From: Dipteris shenzhenensis
Taxonomy: Eukaryota
Reading direction: 5' to 3' (one strand)
Length of the DNA stretch: 64,000 bases
Assembly (NCBI GenBank): GCA_047967505.1
Contig: CM106538.1
Positions 1-13,700 of this stretch are shown piece by piece (positions within the stretch are counted from its first letter, which is position 1; every line of letters starts with the position of its first letter). The position numbers were made by a program, and so were the translations under genes. The notes beneath the pieces are model-generated. The model made no database searches. It had not been told where the DNA came from and saw nothing but the letters and a program-made list of their open reading frames with translations.

Positions 1-989
1 CATTCGATCATCTCCATCTCAAAAATGCTGCCCATGATGGTCACACCACCTACAAATGCTTGAAATGCACACATACAATTTCACACGACTATGATTGAAA
101 ACCCCAGATATGAATCCACTACATGCATGTGCCGTTTTATAGCGAAGTCATGATGAACAAAAACTAGGAATAGCATATGCTTTAACAACTCATGCTTCTA
201 GTCCTTCTCCAATCAACTTAAGTCCCTTGTCTCTACGCAATTCACAACAAACCACATGAAAGCAAACAGCACACACTCCTACATTCACTGGAAGGCCCTT
301 TTCCTTTACCCTTTGAAACTGACATGCAAGTTCCATGGCCGAATCTGTTGGGTTCCAAAAAACACCACTCGAATAGCAACCTCACAAAAGCAGGACGCCA
401 ACCCAACAATGCAAGAATGAGTCCTAGCCGAAAAACCCGCACTCCAAAAAGTACCAATTGCTAAAGAATAAGTCTTGGCCCAAAGACCCACACTCCATAA
501 GCTAGCAAGCACATCGCCCACCTTCAACTACTTGGCTCTACCTCTATACACTACAAAACCATAGGAGAGGTAAGGAGGTGTAGGATTACACATAGCCCTG
601 CCTCCCCCACCATGTTTTTAAACAATTGCATGAAGGAGTGCATTTCGGCTGCAAGAGGGATGAGAGAGGTAGAGAGGGGGTACGAAGGTAGAGGGGAGAG
701 AGGGAGCCAGAGAGGGGTAAGAGGGCCAATGGTAGAAAGGGAGATGCAGAAAGGGTAGGGAGGTGGCACCACCTCCAAACACTACTCTCTACAACAACCA
801 CTAACCCTAAACTCTTTGATATCCCTAACCAACCCATTAACTTGACCACTAATGAGTGTCCCCACTAACCTAGTCAAATTGACCAACTACTCATAAATGA
901 CAATTTTCCAAACCCACCTCCCAAATATCCACCCCTTTCCTATGACCCTTTAAAGGGTGAAAAAACAAGATGGATTCCATTCAAATAGC

Positions 990-3771
990 CTACCCAAAGC
1001 CTACTAAATTCCATTGAATTAAAGTGTATGTGAGGGAGTGATCTGACCAGTAAATGTAATTTGTTCCTGTCTGTTGTTTGAATTTGTTTGCGGATGTCCA
1101 AATGTGATCTAGCAATGATCCATATATTGTTGTTGGTGTTTGTATTAGTTGATTGAAATTTTTAGATTCCATGAATGATGTAAATGTGGATATGCTTGTC
1201 GTGCGAATATTGAGGTCTATATTAAAGTCTCTGAGCACCTATGTGTTGATGTTTCATGGAAGTGTTGAAATTGTGGTTGCGATTGCTCTTGTAAATGAGA
1301 GCTTCCTTTGTTTTTGGATGTTTGTAAATGTTGAGAATAGCCGGTGGGTCTTCATTGTTGTGCTCATGGATCATCAATAACATCTCTTTTCCATTTTCAT
1401 TGTGCTTTTCAGTGTGCAAGAGCCTATGTTCTTTTTTGTAATATGTTGCAATTCCATCACTTCCATCTCCACATGTGATATTGAATCCGGGGAGTTTTGT
1501 TTGGGTTGTTTTCATGTGTTTCCTACACGCAGAGGAATGTTGCAACCAAGATGCTTTTGCATTGTTTGATGTCCTCCTTGCACATGGTGAAGGACCTTGT
1601 GTTTAGGGATTTGTGCACTCATTTTTGTCCACTGAGAGGTTGGCTTCTTTTGTTTTCCATATCCATTGTTGTTTAAGCCTTGTGATTTCTTGTAGGACGT
1701 TATTGTCCACCTTAATTTTCCTAGACTCCATGTTGTTAAGCAAGTACAAATTAGCTGGGTCTTTGATTCGAGAGAGTGTTGTGTACACGAGTCCATGTGT
1801 TTTTATATTTGAGCTTGATGTATTGTTCTTGCTACAGTAGGTTGCAATAAATGTACTCATCTTTTGTTAAGCCTACCTTAGCCAAGAAACTCTAGAAATC
1901 TAAACTCATATTGGAAGTTTCTTCCAAGGCCCTTTCAATGTTTTTGTCTTTTCCTTTAAGGATGTCATTATTAGAGCAAGTTCTAGTAAGACAGAATGAT
2001 CATTGTTTTGCATAGTGGGGATCTTGGGAATTCGAGCCTACAACATTTTCTTTGCCTCATGCAAGTTTTTTTGTATTTGTGTCTGGAGTTCAGTGCTTGT
2101 TTGTGTTGCCATTGAGTTGTCTTTTGTAATGTACTTGTCCACGAAGTTGATAATGTTCTGATCAGTAGAGACTCCGTATTGTGGAGCATTTTCTATCCAC
2201 AATAGGCCATGATCATGTTGGCTACCATGGTTTTGAAACTTGGTTATGAAGAAATAGTCACATAGTTTGCCAACAATTGTGTGGTCGCTTTTAGCAACCT
2301 TTTCATAGCTTGGAACCTGTTCACATAGTACCTTGCTATGGTAACTGGATCTGATCTAATCAAATCTCTCACTGATCTTTCACTTTGTCGTCCCTCTGTG
2401 CATTGGATTGTGTTGTCAAGTTCCTGTAGGCATGTTGTCAGTGGTTCCCAAAGTCTCTCAACACAAGAAAAGGTCATAAAGAGTGTAGGTCATCCCAATT
2501 GTCAAATCATTGCAAACAAGTTTTTCTTTAGCTTGTACTTATAATCTAAGGATGTGCACAAGCATGTAAAGTCTTAATACCCTATATGTGATTGTAGCCG
2601 TTTTTCGATGTTCGTGTCTAAGGCTATGTCTCTTGCTTTGAGTGTTTCACCTCGCAGTTGTCCTTTTCTCAATCGACATCATCCTTGTTCTTTGACCCAC
2701 ATCAAAGAAAGAACTTGGCTGACAAGAAATTTCACTGTCTTAAAGAACAGGTTCTCTATAGAGTATATGAAGCGACGATCCTTCGTTTGTAAGCTTTCAT
2801 CGAGCTATTTCTTGGTAACTTGTTTGTGCAGGAATATTGTATTCTCTTTGTTGTCCATAAAACAAGGTAGGAAATGCTACCTCTTTAGAGTATTTGTCTT
2901 TGAAGATACTTAGTGGGGAGAAGCGATATATATACCATGCACCAACATATTTGCATATACTTCCTCCTCATCAACGATATTGTTGGTGTTGATTCTTGAT
3001 TTTTCGTGTTCTTTCATGTACTCTTGCAAGTTAAGTATATGATTGACCCACTGTGGATTCAGTTTGACATTGTTTTCTTTGTACAATTTTGTTTCGAGTA
3101 GTTCTTTCAAAGCATGGATAGTTAATGTTGGATGGACAATTCCAGTCATGTAGTTGTGCGTATACTCTAGCTTCCTTCTTATTGTGACTATCACTGTTGA
3201 GTCATCTGTAAGGAACCTCGGTTGTACTCTCTATGCTCTATCAACATTGGCAAGAATATTAATGACGCTTCCACACAAATCATACTGTCCATCGTTTAAC
3301 AACTCTCTTATTTGAGCAAATGGATTTCGTATTGCAACCAAACTGGCCTCAACCTCATTTAGCTTGGATGTGTATGTTGTTTTGTTTAGTAGTTGCATCC
3401 ATGATTAACAAAAAAGCAACATCTTATTGCGTTTTAGCTGTGTTGCGCATAGTACATCATTTTCTTTTGGAGAGATCATTATATTGGTTAAACAATGAGT
3501 TTTACTCCACCAAGAAAGCGAAACCATCATTTAGTCTTAGCAATTGCCGTTTGAACATAAGTGACCCACAGCAAAGGCATGGGAAGCAAGGGATGTCATG
3601 AATTGTTTTTTCATACTCATCTTCAAACCAACAGTTGCGTCTTTCTCTAGCGTACTTAGGTTTTGGCACTAGTGGTGCATTAATCGAATTGTTGTTGTCA
3701 AAAGCCGCACGGTTGTTGGCTACTATAAGGGATTTGCGAATTCTATACACTTTTCTCTCTATAACCTTCAT
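990..3771 (-). mobile_element. Decayed Helitron2/Helentron-type element: Rep-helicase remnants plus C-terminal AP endonuclease
   Basis: Minus-strand fragments in RepHel order. Cys-rich CFPCLCC (~3580). Pre-Rep region GQYDLCGSVINI...TIRRKLEY (2910-3330). Rep MTFSC...SDPVTIARYYVNRF (2244-2477). HUH motif EFQNHGSQHDHGLLWI (~2195-2243). Helicase motif VI HGLVYTTLSR (1603-1860). AP-endonuclease motifs DFNID, TPTT..GSLLDHIW and WSDH (990-1238). Most of the helicase is deleted; many stops and frameshifts; termini not identified. Confidence 0.8.
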
Positions 3772-3915
3772 GCAGTATCACTCGTGCTGATATTGATAGT
3801 GATATAGTAGTGCTATTGGCTACTATAAGGGATTTGCAAATTCTATACACTTTTCTCTCTATAGCCTTCATGCAGTATCACTCGTGCTGAAATTGATGCT
3901 GATATAGTAGTGCTA
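3716..3915. repeat. Tandem duplication, 2 x 100 bp
   Basis: TTGGCTACTATAAGGGATTTG...GATATAGTAGTGCTA starts at 3716 and again at 3816, with few mismatches. Confidence 0.9.
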
Positions 3916-6900
3916 CTTGTGTAGCGAGCAAGGAGGCGTGACTTGTGACTAGGCGACAAGGATCTTCCTCATGAGCATTTGTCCATGTGGTGTAGACTCG
4001 CAAGACCTGATTCCATGCTAGAGGAACGATTATCTACTAGGTATAAGTCTGTTGATTGACTAGGATGTCATCATTTAGCACGTTTGGATTTCTTTATTAG
4101 AAACAGTGTTGATAATGCTTTCCCGTCGTAATTTAATACCTTGGAGGAAGCATCAAATGTTGTTGAGAAAATTTTAAGAATATGGAACAACAACAACTTT
4201 AAATTAACTAACTTTCAAGCAATTGAACAACATTTCCAACAGGCAACGGTTGATTGCTATGATAATCTGCTGACAACTTATACCATGAAGATGCTTGACC
4301 GTGCTCATTGCAGACACTCACGTAAAGTAGTTCAAACAGCCGATCAAGTCAATACTCAGCAAAGAAAATGATACGATGAAGCATGTTTGTATTGAAGGGG
4401 TGGTTCTTCTTAAACTCACTTAGTTTGAAAACATCATATTTGTGCAAGTGTGTTTTTGAAGTCCATGTGGTCTAAGTTTTGAATGTGCAAGTACAATGGC
4501 AATGTGTGATGAAAGATAAGATATGACCAGATTTACGAAGAGATCATGTTCTGATTTTCCTCAAAGCACAGAACAATTTCCTCCAATGTGGATAGCTTGA
4601 CTGAGAACAAAATTTCATGATACACCCCAAAAAACACTGGACCCAGCAAATAGAAAAGTAGAATGGCGCAACCATTTCTTTAAAAAACCTCAGTAAGGGA
4701 CCTACTATGAAACTCCGTATTACCACATTACTAAAACTAAAACCACAAAGGCACACATACTGTTCCCATAGACACTAACCACTACATATGGAAACGTGTT
4801 CAAAAGAAAATATAAAACAACATACCCTCCATATTGTTCGTGGGAAAGTTTGATTGCTGCTCGACTTCCTTCGCAGTACTTAGGAGAGACAAACCTGTCA
4901 AAAAAAAAAGTAAACCATGTTCAAAATGTAACACCATTGAAGCAAGAAGGAACAACACGTAACTTTTGGAGACAATTCAGTAGAAGTACCCTTGAATACA
5001 CTGCCACCCTCATCAGAATAAATGCCTATATCATCGATATGCGCTTTTTCCTTCATCAAGGAACCCTTCTCCACTGGTTTCTTGAGATATGCTGGGGTCC
5101 CTCAATAAAAGACCATGAAAGAGGACTGTATCTTAAACATACTACGAGACAAATTCAGAAACTACAGTCTGCGAATGAATGCAGCATCAGTTCCTTGTCT
5201 ACACACCTATGTTGTAATCAGTAATAAAAAAAGGACAGCATCGCTACATGGCAAATTAATTACAGCACATTGTTGCTACGGAGCAAGGGTGGCCTCCAAG
5301 AAACATTGTCAGAGAAACTGTATTTCAAAAAGAGTTTCAAAACAAAGAGAACATGCATAAAAGGTGCAGCTGAAATGAAAAAAAATTCGGCAAGCAATTG
5401 CATTGTAACGACAAGTTGCTGCAGTTTCCTCTCACCTTTCCTAGAAGGAGTGCATGAAGAGAACAGAAGACACAATGCCTCGACGATTATAAGAGCGAGG
5501 CAAATAAATCAGCACAACACATAGCCCACTCACAAAGCACGGAAAACAGATTCAAGAACAGTGTCAACTAAATATGCTCAAATATTGAAGGCAATGTACC
5601 TTACAAATACTGTAGTCTAGTGAGAACCCATGCAAGGAACCCACATTAGAATGTGAGCGAGCTCATAATAATAAAATTGTTGATTTAGCAAAGGAAATGT
5701 AATCCGGAAACCAATCAATCACTTACTACAGTTCTAATCAACCACACGAATACATGATATAATAACAAAAATTTACTGCAATAAATTAGCAGCACAAACT
5801 TAAACATACACACAATGATTCACATGAGCTCGAAGTAGCAGTGCCATGTGATGTATATTTCTCTGTTGTAGCATCGTCAAAAACGATTAATTTGTTTAAC
5901 AACTAGCCTTAAGCTCGTTTCGAAAGCAGCAACCAATGCTCTTGAGTTGGATTCTAGCATATGCAAAGGAGGCTCCCTCACGCACCTGTCGATAGACCTG
6001 ACTGCATAATTCACTTCACTTCTTCCCTGAAGAGTTCCTACTTGCTACACTTATGCATACATCTCCATTAGATGAACAGTGAAGACAAATTGAACCATGT
6101 ATGCATATGGTATTATAACTACAATTGCATTACTACACAGTTCTAGAAGTTGTATTCCCTTCTACATTTGTTGTGTGGTGATAATGCTGAAATGCGGTGC
6201 AAAATATGGTGGTAGAACATTGAGTGGTCGGACACTAATCATGATTTCCTGGATTTGGAAGGCCAAACAGCTCATCCTGTTGCAATCACATTGTGCATGA
6301 GAGCTACCTAATAACATTCCTCTCATTTTCTGAAGATGACAACTGTAGCTTATATGTAGGTCTTGTGAAAAGGACCTACTACATGAGATTTCTAAGCTTT
6401 CGAGTGGATAACAAAAGGAACTAGCTGATATGGCTAAAGGCTAATGTAAACGATGCCTTCTCACACATGCTATCACAACACAGTCAGTCATTGCATGTAC
6501 TATACATGCAACAATACATACTAAGCCTCCAAATTGAGGAAAAAAATCATGCAAAGAAAAGACAATTGCCCTCCAATAGAGCATTGGTTGCTGCTCTACT
6601 AATCTACAAATACAAGGTAAAAGGAATCCAAAATTTTCTACACATGGCAATCGCATTACAAAGGTCTTCCACAACTAACCAACAACGTAGATTTTTCCAA
6701 AATGTAGAACACCATAACATCCACCAGTATAATTAATGGGACGACACTAAGGACTATTGTTCACCTTTAATGGACAAAATTAGATGATTAAGGATGTGGC
6801 CAACGAACATAGATTTTTTAAAAGGAGCTACGAAAGCAAGGTTGGAGGATTTTAGCAATAAATCTTAGCATTAACTAAGAACACTTCCATAAATATTGAA

Positions 6901-7341
6901 GCATATCAAAAGAAAATAGTTCTAGCCCCCAAATCAGCTCCCTGCTACTACTGCTCATGACTGCTTCTAGGCACGAGCAAGGAGATCATGAAGAATTGGT
7001 CTCCACATTTCCAGGGGACAGCTTAGTCAAAACTCCTACTTCAAAGATTAATAAGAAGTACCTATTTTTGATGGGGATGGATGATAGAAGTAAAATGCAT
7101 GTACTGATACCCCACAAAATAACAAAACAATTAACACTAATGACAAAAAGGCAGTCTCATGAGGCATGAGTATGGCAAAAACACTAGTGTAATGAAGCAC
7201 ACCCTGCTCATTCATAAAAACATGTTTGATATATGCTCAACGTTAATCGCCTACTTCATTATATACAATCAATAGTATAAGTAACAACGATCTATGGTCT
7301 TCAAGTACAAACGCAGCGACAACTGAGGAATAAAGATTCAC

Positions 7342-8027
7342 CGTTGGACTGCGAATTGCTATCACAAGATTTGCCCTCCATATAGTTGCCAAACTTCCTC
7401 TCGAAGTCTAGCACAAGTAAACCATAAGTACCACAAATGAGGAACACAAAAAGGAAGCGCAAGAAACAAATTGAAGGAAGGGAAGGGGATAAAAAATCAG
7501 CAACCTCTCCCAAACGTGGTGCTATCAGTGATTGTCCACCTGCATGATTGTCCCGGATTATGAAGCTACCGCCAAAGAACTTCGGCCTGCTTTCGTAGGA
7601 CCAACAAGTGAAATCTCATCCCCGGACGATATTACCATTCACAAAGATCCCATTCAGTGAATGATTCCATTGCTGATTGTCGGAAAATAGAAGATCACAA
7701 GGTTCAGCTTGTGAATTTTTGCCTCACGCCGATGGATATGTGCAGAGATGTGATACGCAAAGGCACGGGCTCGCAACGCAAGGCATAGGCAACAGACATG
7801 GGATCGAGGAATGGCCGCCCAAGTTTCCCACATAATTTTAGATCGACCTGCTGTGAGGGCTCTGCGCTGAGTCTGACATATCCTTGCTTCTTGCCACGAA
7901 TCCCCCACTGCACACCATCGGATACGTTTACCTTAAGAAATCCGGAGAGATGCGAGGTGCTTACTTTTGTTGTTATTAGCTCCAAATCGCAGAAGGAGTC
8001 CGTTACTTCCACAGTTGTGACCACCAT
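7342..8027 (-). pseudogene. Degenerate spliced gene fragment with FHA-domain-like motifs
   Basis: Across frameshifts the minus strand gives LGR...RITSLH..., SLNGIFVNG (~7634-7660) and GDEISL (~7606-7624), in FHA motif order. A GT-AG intron (7408-7539) joins ...IIRDNHA in phase to a 66-nt exon at 7342-7407 (DFERKFGNYMEGKSCDSNSQSN). Confidence 0.4.
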
Positions 8028-9465
8028 CTCATCTGTGACGCTGATACATTTGAAGCCATCCTCCGTCTCCTCACCACAAAGACATGATCATATTCCTGCC
8101 GCGGTTGCTTCTCAACGTGGCGCTGATGCTGTCTTCGTAAGAAAGATTAAAGCGGAGGTTATGCTATTCTTCCGTAGGATGCCGACGTGATGAAGGTTTC
8201 TACAAGCCTCAGCTAGTGGTCTCCATTAGTTCGAACAGTAACGAGGGATATATTTGTGCAAGCCGTTCGTTCTTAAGACCATGGACACTCCTGTCCTAAG
8301 GTGTTGAAGCATGTTTACACATATTGAAAGGAAGAGCCGCACTCCAAATTTTTTGCAGCGACCAATCCGCTACTTTAGACACTACTCTTTCATCCAAAAA
8401 GCACAAAATTCCCAGGTCAATGCGTGCTTAGAATTGGCCAACTGCTGTAGCCCAATCTTTTCATTAATAGATTGTGCAATTTGGTCAAACTTAGCCCCAG
8501 CGCTTCTCCTTCTCAGACGAGTCTCTGTACGACTAATCACAATTGAAACACGGCTGAGACGGATTCGTAAGCGTTGAGCTTAGAGAACCTTTGAAAAATG
8601 CTTAGGTGGCGGTTGAGGAGAGCCAGAGTATCAGCGAAGACTCCTAGGCATCTAGAAGGAGTCTGAGGTTAGCATGTCAAACCGAACCCTTGACAACTAT
8701 GAACAAACGAACGCTCTCTACTCAATACAAAAAATTGAGCAATTCCAAGCTGGGTGCGCACATATGCAATTCGCTATGCTGAATTGCTACGCCCCCTCGC
8801 CCTTGGCTAGCCAACAACTGAGCTATTCAAAAGCAATCTAGTTCGCTTTCTAGAATCTTCGTGAACACTACAACCTAGGATTGCACTCAACCATGGTTTT
8901 GTTGATTTCTATAAAAGCTCCTATTGTCCGTATTGGCCTGGAAACGAAGTTGTAGAATTATGAGGAAGCTAGGATCGAAAATTTGAGGGCTCAAGAGCTT
9001 CAAATATGTCAGGAGGGGAAGGGATAAACTAGAAACACATGTTTCTCTATGCTTGATGCCTGTTTCTTTGCTTGTTCCTAGTCCCTGGTCCTTATATCCA
9101 TTGCCTTGATCCGCATTTGCCCCTCCAAGAATCCCAAATTGTGCTCTTTTGAGGTGGACAATCATTTGCAAATCATTCTTATTGGACTTCGAGGACGATA
9201 TGCATGATGCCCTTTGTGGAACGATCTTACCCCCACCGATGAGGAGGATGACCAGGGCAAGGACCTTGGCTATGAATTCGACGAAAATGGTGCAGATGAT
9301 TCACAATCTAAATTTGTCATGGCTAGGTACATCGTTTTTGTACTCATCTCAGTGTTGTTTAATATTGTTTTCCCTAGAATCGGTGCCATGTAGTTCAGGT
9401 CAGATAGTCAACACTTTTTGTCTTTTGAAAATTTGATTAAGAAACCAATCCCACAACAATAACAA

Positions 9466-9562
9466 CCTTTACTTACTACATGCCTCGTGACAGGACTCTC
9501 GGTGAGGACGTAGCCTTCACTTACTATATGCCTCATGACAGGACTCTCGATGAGGATGTAGC
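9466..9562. repeat. Tandem duplication, 2 x 48 bp
   Basis: CCTT(T/C)ACTTACTA(C/T)ATGCCTC(G/A)TGACAGGACTCTCG... starts at 9466 and 9514. Confidence 0.8.
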
Positions 9563-10495
9563 ACATTGAGTCAGGGATGAGGCGTTGAACACAAGTGGGA
9601 AACCAAATGGAAAATCTCGAGGATGACAAAACCCATAATCGCAGAAGATGTAACGAAAGCCCTCGATGGAATGGAACCTCCGGTGTTTCATAGAATCACG
9701 AGTAGAATTCAATGTGCAAAACCTTGGCATAATTCATCATAAAACAGAGAAGTGCTGTGGGAGGAGTGGTATTGAGGCCGTTGGTGACAAGCAAGGTGTG
9801 GTGCCCATCATGGGAATGCAGTCGATCAATGAAAAGGGTGGTGGAGCTGCGAAGAGGAGGAGCAAGATTCTTAGGTGGGGTTAAGCAAAGAGAGAGAGAG
9901 AGAGAGGGTCAAATCGAAAAGCAATCCACACCCAAAATTCAAGGAGAATATAGACCATTAGATCTTTTTCAAGATCAACATCTAAGAGGACACTTGTTTT
10001 AATGAGAGCTCAAGAAAGACAAAACATCCCTCTGCCGTAATGATAAATGTTCTTGCATTTGCAAATTGCAACACTTAATACACATGGGACTAAAACTAGC
10101 AAATCCAAAAGGGACACAAGCTTGATTGCCATGAGGATTGTCACGTATCTCGTGGAAGGCGATCGATCATCTCCGAGGAGATGGTCAAGGTCCAAGATTG
10201 ACCCCTGCGGCCTTCTCTATCGTTTCGCATGAATAGCGTGCCCACTCAGAAGTTTAAGTCTAGCGAACTCCTCCTTTTGACTGTGACTCAATCGAAGAAT
10301 AGAGACTTTAGTGTCCAGTGACAGTTCACCCCTCACACCTGTGCTTTCATAAGGTTCTCAGACTTATTGTATTTCGATCCTACTGGTTCGACTCGGCCTT
10401 AGATGTTGTAGCTGCACAAGTGAGGCACATCTGTGCCTTCAGAAGGTTTTTGATCCTTCTCGCTCCTCTCCTCCTTTGTTGTATCTGCACCCCCG

Positions 10496-10711
10496 ATGGC
10501 TTCCACCCTTCTGCTGTCACCCTCTTCAAATGCAGTGGGCTGGCATGAATTTTCCAGTTCTGGGTTTCATGCTGCCAACAAACAACTCCGAAGGGCAAGG
10601 TTCTCTGCCTCTGGAAGGATGAATTTGGTCTCTCTGCATGCCTCTGTCTCTAATCGTAGGCTATATGCAACCAGCGTCACTGCACCATCAGCGCTATCGA
10701 CAATGCCCGAG
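10496..10711 (+). CDS. PAT1: AnPRT exon 1 (putative plastid transit peptide)
   Basis: [11 protein letters not shown]...ALSTMPE: Ser/Ala/Arg-rich with an MA start. Donor GAG|GTGGGT, in phase with exon 2. Confidence 0.8.
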
Positions 10712-13700
10712 GTGGGTCCGTGAGAAATTTGTAAACGTGTATCTGTTTTAGAGCAGGGCATGTCTTGAGTTTTTATCTTACTGGGAGCCTGTGAATCGGA
10801 GGAGTTTCAGCTGATTGAAGCACTCTTAAACAAAAGGAATTTGACAGAAAGGGAAACCGAAGTCTCCATGCAAAATTTGTTAGGCAATGGCGATCCAGCA
10901 CAAATCAGTGCCTTTCTGGTGCTCCTCCGAGCGAAGGGCGAAACCTTTGAGGAGGTACGGTTGGCTCTCTTGACCTGCAACATACAAATCGTGACGTGCC
11001 ACAAATAAAATCAAGCGATGTGGTGGATTGTCCAACAGTGAATGTTGTCGTGATATGTCTAATAAACATCAGCAATTTATCCGGAGTATTTGTAAATTCC
11101 TGAGCAACGTCTTAAAAGGGATTTCAAGATACTGGAGATGCTCTTTTACTTGGTTTTGCCTTATTATGATTTATGATGCAGATCAGTGGCCTTGCTCGAG
11201 CCATGATAAGTCAATGCGTGCCAGTCAATGGTGTGGGTGATGCTTTCGATATTGTTGGAACAGGTGGAGATGGGGCCAACACAGTCAATATCTCAACCGC
11301 AGCTTGCATTCTAGCTGCTGCATGTGGTGCTAAAGTAGCTAAGGTATGGTTTATATGTAAGCAGGCTGACGTCTTTCTTTCTGATTTTCAGACAGACTAT
11401 GTGTTGTAGCATGCATGGGAGAGGATGTATTGAACGCTCAAAGTGTTTGACATGAGATCTATGGGACCCAAAAAGAACTTCATGTCCAACCATTCTCCAA
11501 ATCTGAATGGGAGACCAGCACTTCTGAGCTGAAGTATAGAGTATAACTACAAAGGCTACACGTGATGTCCCACAACACGGACCGTGAAAGACATTGTGAT
11601 TGATGAGGATTAACAAACTATGCTTTACTAACAAACTATGGAGTATCTCTTGTTGGCTTACGGTTATCGTGTTGCTGTACACTGGTCAAAGGCTCCTATT
11701 AGCAAATTGAAGGTCTGTAAACTTAGTAAAGGAGTACAAAATTCCATTATCAATGGGTGTGTGTGGAGGGGTTACTAATGTCTTCGAAAGGCCAAAGAAG
11801 CCTATGAGATCAACAAGTAAGACATTATCTGATAAACCCCCTTTTTAGAGAAATTAGAGATCTCCAACATATCCTTAAAGATATTATGCAAACTGAAGCA
11901 GAACACACTTTTTTTTGGGGGGTAAAAGTGAAATGCCATTCAGTAGGAATTTACGTTCATAGCTGCTCCGGAGTGAAGCAGCTATTACTCAAACTTAAAG
12001 TAGTAATGAAAAACTTCTAACTGGCCAAAGGAAGGTCTCCAAGGGAATGTGCATCTTGAAGTGACCGATACAAAGAGGAATGAAAGAAATGATAAACACG
12101 TACTAAAGCTGGCCCGTACAGTCCAGTGTTACGTGCATGATATAAAGACCACAATAACCAATAACGACACCATGAGAAAAAGTGACCATAGTCCGGCATA
12201 GGAGTATATCTGCCAAACAGCCAGAGCTGCCTGCCAAAAGAGATCTTGGGAATCAAGCATGAAGATATCCCCCGAGTCTCAGTCTCCCTCTGATGCGAGC
12301 ATGTGGGACAAACCGAAGAAGCTATACGCCGAGCAGTGAATAAGGAACTACCTAACAGCGCCACAGGAAGAGTCACTGTCGTAATGGTACCTTACTACCA
12401 ATTGAGAGATTTATTAAGGTGCCAAAAATGATTTAATGTTCCTAAATCCATGACACTGGGAGTAATAGCTGATAAGCTTTCTTAGCAGAAAGGTCATCAA
12501 AAGAAAAGGCAGAATATCTAGGAAGGCCCCGGTCAAATTTCCAATCCATCAAAGGATCAGCTGAAATGAGAGGGGGAACAGGCTGAAAGGATGCAACATT
12601 GTGGTGAGGATGCGCCAAATAGGCCGGTGATGCATACCCATACAAAACTGTCTCCTGGCCTGAGGAAAAGAAAGAGTGGCACCTCGGTCATCCACCACAT
12701 CGGCCACCGTAGAAATACCCAAACGATGCAGGAAATATGCCTTACGAGGCTGAAGAAAAGCTAAAGGAGCAATAAATACATGATTCCCATGGATGCTTTG
12801 GAGTCGAAGGGGGTTCCTTGTGTCCGGAGGATGTCCCGACCAGTGTAAATATTGCAGAAGCTGCTGCCAATCATGAATCAGCCTAGTGGAAAAAGGACAA
12901 CCAGGAATGCGACCATGGAAGTGACCAAAGATAACATCAGAGAGTGTAGGAACCCAATGGCCGAATGCATCTGTACGTAGAGAACCAACCATACAAGCAA
13001 GCATAAGGGCCCAAGGCTGCTTTTGCTCTAAAAAGGAGGCCAATAAAACTTGCGTGCCAACATGCAAATGTGAATATTGAGAACATTCAAAGCCGCATGA
13101 ATATAATTGTATTTGAGAAGCTGGAGAGGCCTATGGTCATGTTTGGTATGCCAAAGGCATTCCAATAATCCTAGTAATAAATTTCTGAATATCTGCAGAG
13201 GACCAGCAAATGAGTGGCAGATAAAACTGGACATATGCTATAAGAATGGACTGCACAATTCAAAGACAAACATGCAGCGGCCAAGTTGATAATTTCCAAT
13301 AATCCAGCTTTTGAAAAAGTTTTTGCAAAACTCAAAATCTCTCTTGCGGCAAGGAGATATTGTGGGAAAGGTCACCTCCCCATCTGTAAGCCCCCATATG
13401 AGGAGAGCATGGGGGGCTGAACCTGGTGTCTAAGAGAGAGCCACATGGGCGGCATCATGGCTGCCATGAGGGCAGGGCTCAGACAAGAAAAGAGAGAGGG
13501 AGGGGGCTGCCACATGGGCAGCACCTCACAGCCAAGAGAGCAGAAAAGGGGCTGCCACATGGACAGCAAACAGGCTGTTATGTGGACAGCACAAAGACCA
13601 AAGTGCTGAGGTGGAGGATCCCTTAAGGAACAGTATGGAACAGCAGCGCCTCTAGTACAAGTGAGTACACTTGGCTGTACGGAACTGGTGCAGGTCCTTG

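Noticed and set aside
1-980. Short ORFs and a purine-rich patch at the window start
   Set aside because: No recognisable protein motif or element terminus.
8200-10300. Short ORFs upstream of PAT1
   Set aside because: No domain signatures or consistent splice pattern; promoter elements could not be assigned reliably.
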